NCBI GenBank assembly: GCA_030704615.1
Contig: CM060731.1
Coordinates: 47,616,001-47,680,000, forward strand
From: Takakia lepidozioides
Taxonomy: Eukaryota > Plantae > Bryophyta
Length of the DNA stretch: 64,000 nucleotides
Reading direction: 5' to 3'
A program made the position numbers and the translations under genes. Shown in pieces: positions 25,338 to 37,850 of this stretch. The notes beneath the pieces are model-generated. The model saw only the letters and a program-made list of their open reading frames with translations, was not told the DNA's origin and searched no databases. The stretch's first letter is position 1; every line of letters begins with the position of its first letter.

Positions 25338-28164
25338 AGTACTGAAATATTTTTCAACCTTTTGGAGACCTAACATAACTTAGGGGTCCAAAACAAATGT
25401 CGGTCAAGATGGCGATATTGTTTATGGGCATTTAGTACCATGTGACAATCATGCAAACTCCACCAAAAATGCAGAATTTGGACAACAGATGGCAGTGTGT
25501 TTGTTTGCAGTCAGAGGAAGAACTCTAATTGGGACTGTATCATTCCATGGACTAGAAAGCTTCCTGATGGTCAGTCATTCCTTATTGTGGATTTTGATCC
25601 CTTGTGCATGCCTGCAGGGTTTGAATAGAAGACAGATTTCTGCTGAGCGCATGGCCTACCACTCTTAACATGCAATTCTCTTGGAATAGACACTAACCTC
25701 AAGGCCAATTGATGGTCCCCCAGTTCAAAGTTGTAGCTGTAACTAAATACTGTATCCTTGTTGGATATAACAATAAGACCTTCGAAGTTTACCTCCAAAC
25801 AGTTTACAGTATGCTATTCCTAAATGCTAGATCGCTTTTGACGGCAGAGGAACAGGGCAGAGGTTGGACAACATCCAGATTGAACAAAAACACGTTGCGT
25901 CACCAATGCTTTCTGTAGTCCGGTGTGCCAAACCTCCAATATAACTTGCACCTCACAAAATTCAACCAAGAGTTGGCTTCGGTAATTGCCGCAAACTGTC
26001 AAGCTGAGGATGACTCACGATGGAAGCCAAACGATGGTGTGAAGAACCACCAACAGAGCCAGCATCTACAGTTCAAACAATAACCTCTCTTGTACCACCA
26101 ATACAACTACCACAACTTCACAATCAACTGTAAGCCTTGGGAAGGATCACCACCTGTTGAAATTGGACTTTGGTCATATACTATATGTGCATATAGTCTC
26201 CACTGCCAGTAGAAGGCGTTTGGTCATCAACTCCACGATGATAGACATTCCCCTTGTTGGTGAGAATCGTCAGAACTAAGCCAGCCTCTTCATGAGTAGT
26301 TTACTATTACGTCACTAATTTCTAGTTCTCAAAACCTCGCACATGTTGTGTGCATAAAGAAGAGGATTTTCGAGTAGCACTTGCTGAACCGGCCTGCTAA
26401 TTTACAACTACTTTGCAGAAGGTGACAGAGAGTTAGTTTACAATGTGTGAGCACTACTTAGTCTTGAAGGTATAATCTGGTATAGAGACAATTGCAAGAT
26501 CGTAGGATTCTGGAGGGAAACTGATGCGATGTGATAGTTCATGTCCTACCGACAGCTCTATAGGCTATGACAAAGCAATCAGACATGGCTTTGAGAATTC
26601 TCTGCGCCCATGGTGGGTAAGCTCACTTGTGCTGGCACTTGCATTTGGGCGCAAATTGTAAGCTTTGAGGAGATGTCGGTTTGTCTTGAGGGTGTCATGT
26701 GGAATACAAGGCCGGCTTTTGCTGTCAGTACTTGATACAGCCCTGACACGCGTGTGCTGAGATAAGAACCATTTTAGGCGTTTGCGAAAAACCTGCAAAG
26801 TAAAGAGCGACCTGATTCATGAATGCCGGGTGGCTGGGCGTGCGCCTGATTCATCTCAAGGGGATTGTAGGAGATCCCTTATTTTGTACAGAGGAACCAT
26901 TGACGGGAGAGGCTCACAACCATAATTGGATTTGATTTGCTTTGGTTTGTTGCTCTCTTCTTGCTTCCCGTTTCATGCTCGCTCCCTCGCAGGCACGGGG
27001 ATGTTAGCGTGCTCAAGCGCGCTCCTGTCCGCACATGGAGACTCCTTGGGCAAGGCCCTTTGTTCTCCTTGTGGTGATCAGGTGGGAGGTCTCACATTAT
27101 GCATCAGATTAACAGAGCAGGCTCTGAAGCTGAATGGGGCAAATACCAGACCATTGCGTAGTATGGTGATAACGCCTCTCCAACCACCAAGTAAACCGAA
27201 GAAAGGTATAGATTTGGCGTCAAACTCGACAGCCTGGTTGCAGAGTTATTGATTTTTGTTCTATAGCCCTGCGTCTACCACAGAATTGACATGCATTGGG
27301 AAGGCATCTGCCCGTCACACTGGGTTGTGTGCACAGAGAGACAGAGAAATGAAATGAAATGGTGCTTTGTGGTCAAACGGGGCTGTGGACCATTGTGAGC
27401 AGGCACAGTGGGTGACTTTCAGAAGTTATCCAAAGTTATAATAGCACTTCTCCATAGAGACCACGTGATTTGAGGCTGGTAAAATTCTTGCAGGTCAATA
27501 CATGAGCGAAGAAAAGCTCTCCTCAGATCTGTCACAAGGATGGGGCAACAAAGTTGACAAGGTAAGAGGATTATCATTAAGGACATGATAGTTTCTGTCA
27601 ATCAGGTCTTGCCACTGAAGCTGTGTTCTTTGAACTGGATTCTATCCTCACCTCTTACATCAATGACAATTTTTGGTCCTTGCAAAATGCAGAGCAAAAT
27701 GGGTTCTGCCACTTTCATCAGTAGGTGTTAGAAAGTATCCTGCGACAATGTATTTGAAAGATGCTTGGAGATTTGGTAGTTGTAACTGGCCTTAAATCCA
27801 GGCTGTGGGTGAAATATGCTGCTCAGCTAGCCACTGGTGGTTTTTACAGAAAAATCCAATATTACCACACTTGAGCCCATAAGCGCACAAACAAGGATGT
27901 CAGTCAGACTCTTCTTGGGTGAAAGCAGAGCTATGTGCCATGTCACATTTTGATGCTAATGCCGATGCACCCCACGGAGCTCCAGGTCAAGAACATAATG
28001 GCTATTGGTGATGGAATTACAACTCAAGCCGACAGATTGGTACAGTTTTCCCTCGGAATAGACGACTGCAGTGGTACTGTCTGGTTGAGATCTTTCTTCG
28101 GAATGTGAAGGAGCTGTAATATGTACTATTTGAGTCTGACAATAAAGCATAACAGTATAAAATT

Positions 28165-29898
28165 ATGTCATGCAGGATGTCAGGGTTTGAGCGGCCACAG
28201 TTGTTAGAATCAGGTACTTCCACTATGACCACGGCTTTTGAAAGAGGATCAAGAGAGGGAGTCAACAAACACTTTTCTGGCATTTGTGGGGATGTGAGGA
28301 TGCTCTGTAAGGCAGGACAACTGAAAGCGGCAATGCAGATGTTGAACCAACAAGGCACTTGGGCAGACTCCGACACTTATGCCTGTCTCTTGCAGAAGTG
28401 TGGCATAATGGAAGACCTAGAGACAGGAAAGCAGGTGCACGCCTACATTATCAAAAGTGGGTTTAAGCCAAGCACCTTTCTACTCAATTTTCTTGTCAAC
28501 ATGTATGCCAAGTGCGGGAGTTTGGTGAATGCGCGCCATGTGTTTGACAAAATGCCTAGACGAACTTTGGTTACCTGGACTGTCATGATGGGAGGATATG
28601 CCAAGCATGGGTATGGTAGGGAGGCTCTCCAGATATATGAGCAGATGATAAGGGAAGGGGTGACACCCAACAGGGTCACCTTCATTTGCATTCTAAAGGC
28701 GTGTGCCAGCCTGGCAGCCCTGGAAATAGGCAAAGGGGTCCATGCTGATATCATCAAAGCTAGAATTGTGCCAGATATTATCATGGAGACTGCCCTTGTT
28801 GACATGTATGCCAAATGCGGTAGCATAAAGGATGCACGTGAAGTATTCAACAGTATGGCGCAACGAAATGTGGTCTCATGGAGTGCGATGATTGCAGGAT
28901 ATACCCAGCAAGGATTTGTGAGGGAGGCTTTCAAGATCTATGAGCAAATGATACAAGAAGGGGTGACACCCAACACGATCACATTCATTTGTGTTCTCAA
29001 GGCATGTGCCAGCCTGGCAGCTCTGAAGAAGGGCAGAGAGGTCCATGCACACATCTTTAAAGTTGGCGTTGTGCCAGATATCATTTTGGGGACTGCCCTT
29101 ACTGACATGTATGCCAAATGTGGGAGTGTAAAAGATGCACGTCAAGTGTTCAACAATATGGCTCAACGAAACATGGTCTCGTGGAATGCGATGATGGCAG
29201 GCTATGCTCAGCATGGGTATGGTAGGGAGGCTTTGGATATCTATGAACAAATGAAAAAGGAAGGGGTGACACCTGACAAGGTCACCTTCATATGTGTTCT
29301 CAATGCATGTGCCAGCCTGGCAGCCCTAGAAAAGGGCTGTGAAGTCCATGCTGACATTGTCAAAGCTGGAATTGCACAGGATGCCATTTTGGAGAATGCC
29401 CTTGCTAACATGTATGCCAGATGCGGTAGCATGAAGGATGCCTGCCGAGTTTTCGACAATATGGCTGAACAATATGTGGACTCGTGGAATGTGATGATTG
29501 CTGCCTATGCTCATCATGGGTGTGGTAGGGAGGCTCTCAAAGTATTTGAACAAATGCAACAGGGAGGCTTTAAGCCAGACAGTATCTCGTTTATAAGTCT
29601 TCTTTCTGCATGCAGCCATGTGGGACTAGTGGATGAATGCCGTCACTACTTTGATTCGATGAGTCGAGATCATGGCATCACTCCAACACTGGAGCATTTT
29701 GGCTGCATGGTGGACCTTCTTGGCCGTGCAGGGCAATTGGACGAAGCACAGGACTTCATTAACATAATGCCAATTGAACCACATGCTGGGATTTGGGGGG
29801 CTTTGCTTGGTGCCTGCAGAATTCATGGCAATGTGGAGCTAGCAGAACAAGCAACGAAATCCCTTCTCAAATGGGAAGCAGAGCATGCTTCAAGTTAG
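28165..29898 (+). CDS. PLS-class pentatricopeptide repeat protein (RNA-editing-factor type), truncated in the E domain
   Basis: 577-aa single-exon ORF with repeated P-L-S triplets (VSWNAMxAGYAQHG / VTFICxLxACASLAAL / ALVDMYAKCGS). It ends LLSACSHVGLVDE, HFGCMVDLLGRAG, IWGALLGACRIHGN. Confidence 0.92.
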   Translation: MSCRMSGFERPQLLESGTSTMTTAFERGSREGVNKHFSGICGDVRMLCKAGQLKAAMQMLNQQGTWADSDTYACLLQKCGIMEDLETGKQVHAYIIKSGFKPSTFLLNFLVNMYAKCGSLVNARHVFDKMPRRTLVTWTVMMGGYAKHGYGREALQIYEQMIREGVTPNRVTFICILKACASLAALEIGKGVHADIIKARIVPDIIMETALVDMYAKCGSIKDAREVFNSMAQRNVVSWSAMIAGYTQQGFVREAFKIYEQMIQEGVTPNTITFICVLKACASLAALKKGREVHAHIFKVGVVPDIILGTALTDMYAKCGSVKDARQVFNNMAQRNMVSWNAMMAGYAQHGYGREALDIYEQMKKEGVTPDKVTFICVLNACASLAALEKGCEVHADIVKAGIAQDAILENALANMYARCGSMKDACRVFDNMAEQYVDSWNVMIAAYAHHGCGREALKVFEQMQQGGFKPDSISFISLLSACSHVGLVDECRHYFDSMSRDHGITPTLEHFGCMVDLLGRAGQLDEAQDFINIMPIEPHAGIWGALLGACRIHGNVELAEQATKSLLKWEAEHASS

Positions 29899-30330
29899 GT
29901 TCTGTTATCGAACATTACGCTGCTTCTGGCAGATGGGAAACTCCAGCAAAGATCGATGGAGGTATCAGAAAGGAGCCACGGTGAGTTGGATCGATGTGGA
30001 CAACTGGGTGTATTTGCTGTAGAAGACAAATTGCATCCTGTGAGGAGGCTGAAGAGATTGTCTCGACGGACGAAGGAAGCACAGTATGTGCCTGACACAG
30101 GCTTTGTATTGCATGATGTGGAGGAAGTGCAAAACATTTCCCTTTGCCATTCGTTTTGGGTTCATAAGCACCCCCTTGGAATGCCTGTCCGTGTCATCTT
30201 GAATCTTCGAGTGTGCGGTGACTGCCACGCTGCCACCGAGTTCATCTCAGTGAGAAAGTTTGGTACGGGGATGCTAACCGTTTTCACCGCTGCCAAGATC
30301 GGATTTCTTTCGTGAGGAGTACTTGTCAAT
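29899..30330 (+). pseudogene. Decayed E/E+/DYW-domain coding region of the PPR gene
   Basis: After the TAG come VLLSNI, a frameshift to YAASGRW, then FAVEDKLHP, YVPDTGFVLHDVEE..LCHS, NLRVCGDCHAAT.FIS and RDANRFH in changing frames. The HSE(K/R)LA motif is missing. Confidence 0.88.
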
Positions 30331-30499
30331 TTCATGGATGGAAACCTGGCTTTCTTAATTGTGGGGGGCAGAAAAGGCCTTCATTTTTGTGAGCAAGGAT
30401 TCCAGTGCAAAGATGCAATCTGATCTCTACTGAAGTTGAAACACAATCTGTTCCATGACTTCACTGTGGAAGTCAATATTTATTATCTCCATTTCAGTT

Positions 30500-31330
30500 C
30501 CAAATAGGAGAGTTAGCTACCTCTGTTGAAGTCATTTTGAAATCAAATTGCAGATTCTGGTTGGTGGCACTTGAATTTCTGTCTTTGAGCCACAGGGCCA
30601 CACCTGATTGTCTCAGATAACCCATGACCATTTGGTGCCCAAGTAAACAGTGAGATTGACCAATCTGAAGCCACCGGAGACCCCAATCTTGCCCAGGGAG
30701 GGACATGGGCAGAGCCAGAGAGGATGGGAGAGCGAGAATACCTACCGATATACCCCAATTTACCATAAAACCTGAGGCCAAGCAAAAAGTATTGAGAAGT
30801 GAGGAACTTATCAGAAATATATAATGGCGCTGGCAGGTTTTGGTTGCAGTCTGAGGATGGTTTTACCATCTATGTCATGACCAGAACCAGAATTACTGCA
30901 AGTCTCAGATACTCAATAGCAGCATTTACCACATGCTTATTAGGAAGCAAAACAGCCCAAGAAGATATCAGGAGTGACAGTGTGCCGACAGGCCCGATGT
31001 GGTTTCCGTGTTGGTGGAACAACTGCCCAACAATGTTACTGGGCATTCTGGTTAGAACTCCTTGATTGCACAGTACTGGAATCCTGAAAAGGCAAGCTGG
31101 GAATGTGAAACATACAAAGGAACCATGCCTGTAAACATGGAAGGTCGGCCCAATCTGACAAGACTAAACTCTTTCTCCCAAGAAGTGAGGGTACCCATTG
31201 AGGTGAAGAGAGTTTGGAAAAAACAGGTCGTGAAACCCATGCCAATGCCTCCCACATCTTTCGATGCTTTTGTTGAAGAAATTTGGTCAAATTACCCTTA
31301 CACAGTTTGAACGAACAATTAAGTTTCTCG
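30500..31330 (-). mobile_element. Possible decayed L1-type LINE 3' fragment
   Basis: Trp-rich broken minus-strand ORFs loosely resemble L1 ORF2 C-terminal regions. No clean motif was found. Confidence 0.25.
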
Positions 31331-31815
31331 GTCGCCAATTACTAAGTCCAGTTTTCTCATGGAAGTTGTGGTGGTAGCTTCCCTTGCCATGGTTGGTGAT
31401 GCAACCATGTGCTGCCGAGATCTATCGTGTTGTCACGGTGGTGCAGTTGAGGAGGGCATATAGCTAGGAAATTGTGGTGGGAGCTTCCCTTGCCATGGCG
31501 GGTTAGATCGATGCAACCCATCTGGCCTTACACATGATGCCAGGATCTGTCGTCGTTGTCACGGTGGTAGCGCAGCCTATCAATATCCTTGGCAACCTCG
31601 CCTTACATGTGATGACCTCATCGTAATGTTGAATAGGCATCAAGATGTATGTATGGGTTGTCTTGGAACAGATCTTCTGTAGAGGAGTGTATGGAGTTTG
31701 TCAGTTGCAGATCTCAAGTTTAAAAGTTTGGCACTGGGATCTCTCTTTCACGATGTAGTGTGAGTTCTTCACTTTGGTTTTGGTAGTAGTTCGTACACTA
31801 AGACGGCTGTTAGCT

Positions 31816-33677
31816 ATGGAAAGCTATGATGAGCGGCTCGTGGAGCGTCGGGTCCGCTCCATTTTGCTCCACCTGCATCCCCACCATTCTCAGAATTTCA
31901 TCTCATCAGTCGACACTGACTATCGCTTGCTCAATGGTGGGATCGCCTCCACCCAAGTGTCTGGTGAGTCCTCTTCTTTTTGCGCCGTTATGTCAGCGAA
32001 GGATTGACAGTTTACGGTCCGAGGCCTTGCCTGCCCTGGACGTTTGTCCAAACTGGGTGCACTCACTCATACTCGTGTGCTACTCAGTGATTCATGGTAG
32101 GCTGTAGTTTTGCAGGCTCGCAGCCCTTGAAAAACGAGGACGTTTCCAACAGGAAGGAGAAGGAAGGTGTGGGAGAGTCGAAAGCCGCTGGAAAAAGACC
32201 CGTGATCCTGGTAGTGGGAGCTGGAGATGCTACAGGCGGGGCCATTGCGAAAAGGTTCGCGAAAGAGGGCTATGTCGCATGTATTGTGCGAAGAAATGCT
32301 GATAAGTTGGAGCCTTTGGCTCAAGAAATCATGCGCGAAGGAGGGGTAGCATATGCATATGGAATTGATGCTCGCATAGAAGGTATTATGGTTCTGAACC
32401 TTGTTTAATGATGTGACAGCATTTGGCTTTCGAGGACTCTTTGGTTACTCGGATTGATCAAACGTTGTATGTGTTCAGCACATTCACCATTATCAGCAGC
32501 TGCAGGTCCCATTCATTTGAGCTGCTGTCTCACGTTACTCTTGTCGTATGAGACCAATGGTGGAGGTATAGTGGCTGATGAGGCATTTACAAGCAACTTG
32601 TCATGGTTGCTCTGTCCTATAGGCTGTGAGTGATCATGGGAACAGGGAGGCATACTTCAAGGACTTTTCTTACCGGTGTTATGTACTCTTTAGGACAATG
32701 CACTAGATTTCGTTGAAGGGGTTGCTGACTACGAGCTAGTCCATTGGATAAATACAGAGCAGGTGGTGGCACTAGTGGAGAAGATTGAACAAGAGGTGGG
32801 CGAAATCACAGTGCTGGTGTTCAACATTGGGGCCAACGTTAACTTCAGCATTTTGGAGACTACTGCAAGAGTCTACAGAAAGGTAGCTTCGCCATATGCA
32901 TCTCTGTTGTTTCATACCAGACTTATTGTGACATTAGTTGCCTGCAACTGCACATGGCTTTTGATTGAGGAGGGGAGGATTCTCCCACAGGCCAAGGATC
33001 ATCTATCCTTGACATTCTGCTTTCAACCAACAGATTTGAAGTTACCTGTGGGAGATTCCTGGGGTCAAGTGTCTTATAAGTGAGGCAGATGGAACCCAGT
33101 CCGGTTTCGAGCATGATCTACATTGATTTGGGGGAAGGCAGGTGGGATTTCAATTTTTGCAGGCTGTTGCTTTGCATCACGAAGGTTGTCAAAAGAGTAC
33201 ACTTTGACTGAAGTCATGGATTGACTGTGTTACTTTTGGGGTGAAATGGTTGTTAACTGATCATGAAAGGTGTGGGAGATGGCCTGTTTCGCCGGGTTCC
33301 TGACGGGTCGGGAAGTTGCCAAGCGGATGGTTGATCGAGAGAAGGGGACCATCATCTTCACAGGGGCAACAGCCAGTGTTCGAGGCGGCTCAGGATTTGC
33401 TGCGTTCTCTGGTGGCAAGTTCGGTCTCCGGGCATTGGCCCAAAGCATGGGCCGTGAGCTAGGTCCCAAAGGGATTCATGTCGCACATGTGATTATTGAT
33501 GCAGCCATCGACACAACTTGGACTCGCGGCAGGGTCACAGACCCAGCTTTATTGAGCGAGAGAGAGGGATTTGTCTCCCCCAAGGATGTAGCTGAAACAT
33601 ATTGGCACATCCATCAGCAGCCCAGAACTGCATGGAGCCATGAAATGGACTTGAGGCCGTGGATTGAAGCATGGTAG
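31816..33677 (+). CDS. Short-chain dehydrogenase/reductase, bacterial-type atypical subgroup, with N-terminal PTS2; 4 exons (~31816-31963, 32116-32382, 32758-32882, 33270-33677)
   Basis: Motifs VVGAGDATGGAIAKRF, VFNIGAN, IIFTGATASVRG, FAAFSGGKFGLRALAQSMGRELGPKGIHVAHV and a C-terminal EMDLRPW. Exon 1 contains RVRSILLHL (R-V-x5-H-L). Confidence 0.92.
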
Positions 33678-36600
33678 TGCTTAACGTAGGTAATTTTCTC
33701 TGCATACTTTTAAGTTAATCTGTTTATCTTCTTTTGCAAGTGTACATCTGATCGTAACAGGAAGCTACCTCACTTAAACAAGAACGTTGATATGGAACCA
33801 CTCACAAATTGTCTTGACATTGAGGAGAGGATCATACTTTTCTTTACCATTTGCTAAAGACCACCTGTGAACACAAAGCCAGGTGTTTGCATCCTAAGAG
33901 ATCCAGATTTTCCTTTAAAATGGTAAACATTTTGTTAGTTGTAAGGTACTTATTCATTGTTCATTGGCAAATAGACCATTTTTGTGGGGATCTGGCTATG
34001 GTGGAAGACCCACACAACTGTTTATTTGAATACTTTTCTCTTGCAGGCAGTTACATGCAGAGAAGTGGATCATGATCTAATTTTGGCTGCGGCTTCAGAT
34101 GTCCCAAATATTTGGTAAGTCGGGCATCTAACTCTAGGGTGTACATGTATAGGACTCACATTGGTTTCCTCAAATACGGCTGTAGGAGGACATGTGTGTA
34201 TGAGGCCTCTAGAGAAGGCCTCCTTGTTCTAACGAGACTGCTCCACTTCAACTATCCCTTGCCTCAATGGCACTACAAAGCATTGGTAGGTCTGAGGCCT
34301 CAAAGAATAGGCTTCTTTGCTCTAATGACACCACTCTACTGATCCTTCACCTTGCTAGCTCTGCTTTCAGCTGATCAGTCAAGGTGCCTGGTTCTAGTTG
34401 TAGTAGGGAAGACCTTGTACTAATGAGACCGTTCCACTCGCCTTCTCTGCCAATGAGGTTGGCTACAAAGCACTGTTTTCTTTGGTAGGCCTGGCCAGAG
34501 GATGTGATGTGTATTTAATGTGATCTGAGGCCTAAAAAGAAAAGGTTTCTTTGCCTGATGACACCACTCTATTTGCCTTGCTACTCCTGCTTTGAGCTGA
34601 TCAGTCAAGGGGCCTAGTTATAGTTGGAGTAGTGACAACATATTTATTGTGTTTTCCTATATTCAGGAAATATGGAACAGCTTGTCAAAAATCTATATCT
34701 CATTGGGCCCGTTCCATGAAAACAGTATTTGAGGTTAGGTATGAATACTAAGAATTTTGTACATACTGTAAGGCCACCATGTTGACTTTGTTGGTGGTGA
34801 AGGGATCCTCAACGGCCACTCCTGCATGCCCTGGGGGTGCAAATGGGTAAGCATGCTGATGATGAGAGGTGTAGAGATAGGTCTGTCTTGTCATGACAAG
34901 AAAGGATCTGTCAAGACTTGACCAGTTCAGAAAGTTTTTCTTAGAAAAACCAAGACAGAACAGCTTTGCATTGGAAGGCACCATCACCCTTCTCCTAAAC
35001 CACAGGCTTGCTCCTGATGTGTTTCACACTTCTGGGTGATGGGGGTGGGTGGTGGGGTTGTTAGAAACCCTTCAAAACCCCCCACCCTTCTTCATATGAC
35101 AGACATCATAATGAAATTTGTATTCCCTGTACTGTCACACTGGGATTTCCAGAAAGCCAAAATTCGTGCTTTTTAGCATGTCATAATTCGGTTTCATCGA
35201 AGTAGCGTCAGAACGAATACTTCCCTGAAAATCACATGTCTCAAAACTGAGACAAAACCAAGTCTTCCACCATAGCCCAAAAGGGGTGTACTTCCATGTC
35301 TTACAACAAAGCAGACACAGTATTCAAAATGAAACCACTCAGCTGGGCTGTAGACTGAGATTGATCCAAGTCAAGACAGCTCTTCAGAACCTTCTGGTAA
35401 CAAATCCCAAGGGCAATTACTTCCGAAAAATACTTCCCTCAAGGAAACCTGAGGCTGTCGTCAAGCGCTGTACCATTCAGCGCTGTACCATTCTTCTTAG
35501 GCGCTGCCTCATGTGATAGGTGATTTCCATCTTCTATCCAGTGTACTCTGTAGCAAAACTTACACATACAGCTTAAAAATCCATGAAAAGTGAAGGACCC
35601 TCACCTACTCCCGTCCCAAAAACCACCATATCCAACAGAATGCGTGTTAGGGAGGATGCGTGAGGTGAGTAGTAGGTCTTCACGCTCTTGAAAGTTTGAG
35701 GCTGAACAATCTGCGACGCAGCACGTTTCCGTTCACGTAACAAGAAGTACTTGCAAAGCATAGGTAAGGGCTCAGTGTAACTTCATGTTCGTGTCAACAA
35801 CTGAGCCAAAGCTTTCTTATAACTGCATAGGAAGCTCGACCAGCATAATTAGGCTGCGCTTAAATCTTGCTAGCCGTAGCCTTGTTGAAAAACTCTTGAA
35901 GGCAGAGCTCGGTGAGTTGTGTGCCGGACATTGCCGTAGTTTCAAGCTTAAACAATCTTTGTAAATGAGCACTAAATTGCGGGGTTAGGGTTCTGAAACC
36001 CTAAATTTAAACCAGCACATGGGTGATAAATTCCACAAGGCCCTAGGCCAGGGAATGACTTTTGCAGAGCAAAGGTCTACTTGTCAATTTCAGAACATAC
36101 ATAGGAAAAAATCACTTTATCCCACCTGAAATATTCTATCCAAGATTAAAGAGATAAAAGATAAAGATAAAGTTTCTTTAACGTCCAGTGAATAAACAGA
36201 GCCTACTGCTCAACACACAGGCTATCGAGGGCCCAATGGACGATCTGAAGGCACATGTTGAAGGATTGAACCCAGGATCACCTACGGTGTTGTTTTTTGA
36301 CAGGTAGCCCTACCTTTTTTGTGACAGGTTAAATTTTGTTTTGACTTTCACTGTGACAGACAACATGAGAAAATGCCTTTCACATGACAGGTTGACAGAT
36401 TTTTGACCTTTCACACAATTTTGTCATATGAAATTAAAACGAAAAATGAAAAGAAGTGTGAACTTCTTACAACTAAAATTAGTGAAGCTCTAGTCCGTGG
36501 AAAAAAAAAAGTCCGTGAATACATATGGTATTGTCTTTATTGTTTTCATGGGTTCCAAGTCCAACTCAAACATGTAGCATTCATACCACTTATTCTCTAA

Positions 36601-36759
36601 CTATAAGACTTTAGCATTTTTATCTTCATACGTAGCCCCAAACCTCTCTTCTTTGAGAGATATTTTCTTGGCTTATCAATGAGCTAGGAAATACAATATG
36701 CCATATGATTGTAAGTTTGTAAATAAAGATTTTGAATCATGCAGGATGGCCACAATCTT

Positions 36760-37850
36760 CGAGACGGCACATTTGAAGGACGTATCCTTAATCGGTACGG
36801 TTCTTTTGATCGAACTACGAAACGCCGGCCAATGTTTTTACATTGTGATCTGACTGATGATGATTGATTCAGCACAGTCACTGTGACCTTGGAAGAGTTG
36901 TTAGCCAATGTACATTCTCACAAGTTTCAAGTGGAAAATCATATCCGACTAGAAAAAATTTCAGTCAAGCCCAAGTCCAAATTTGCACATGGTGATTGTC
37001 CGTACATGCTCGTTGTGTCGTCTCCCACAACTGTCACTGTTGTCGGGCCCAAACCCATCGCTCTAAACTTGTTAAGTATGGACAAGATCAGCCACTATTT
37101 TGAGAAAACGGTTCCGAGAGACAAATGGGCTACGGCTTCTGTAGCTGTAGTGGTGGTGGGAGTTATTGGGAACGTCGACAATATTTTTGATCTGTAAGTG
37201 GCAGATGGTTCTGGACAAGACGACACACGAATTTTAAGTGATGAACTTCTCTGTTATTCGTAATGATATTTGAATTTGTATTGATGGTGTTGTTATCAAA
37301 TCATAGTAGCCAAATTAGTTCTTATTTGAATTTGTAAATGTGCACACGTGTATCTTTCTATCCAGAATACTTCTTGCAGTTTGACAACCTGACTAACACA
37401 TATACTACTGGTGCGCCGGCGTCCGCGTTATTGAAAAACATCTCAAGTTCGAAATCGGGTGCGTTGAGGTTCATCACAACATCAGCAACCATCGTAGTGA
37501 TTCCAGTTTCTGACGCGCGATGGATTGACTTCCATCCACGACGTTCATACACGGGGGACTACTTTCTCAATGGTTCGCAAAGTAAGTGTTTTTGAAACTC
37601 ATTCACAAAGTATAATCATTAAAATTCCAAAACATTATGTGTTTTGTTAATTATTTTATGGTGATTCAATGAAACAGGTGTCGGGGAATTTACATGTGAT
37701 ATCTCCAACCGTGCGACCCATCAAAGAGGTGTGCCAGAAATGTCATCTTTCTCAATCTTTCGTAAAGTCTAAGGATGATCGTCGTCATTGTCAGTTTTGT
37801 CGGTTATTTGTTGATGTTGAAGAAGAACCGGAAGTAGGTACTCTTATTAG
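36760..37850 (+). pseudogene. RPA70-like (OB-fold plus Zn finger) ssDNA-binding gene relic, probably Helitron-borne
   Basis: GRILNRYG..FLHCDLTDD..VTVTLEELLA...FQV...LEKISVKPKSKF..GDCPYMLVV..TTV resembles an RPA1 OB fold. CQKC...CQFC resembles the DBD-C zinc finger. In-frame stops are present. Confidence 0.5.

Noticed and set aside
28017-29826. Antisense ORFs over the PPR gene, and similar shadows over KCBP, SDR and the LINEs
   Set aside because: They are shadow frames of real coding sequence.
29896-29898. PPR stop codon rescued by read-through or U-to-C editing
   Set aside because: This is a nuclear gene. A frameshift follows within 7 codons and the DYW catalytic motif is deleted, so rescue would not restore the domain.
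34290-34635. Diverged ~110-bp direct repeat (a similar short one lies at 31360-31570)
   Set aside because: Ordinary local duplication with no LTR ends, PBS/PPT or TSD.
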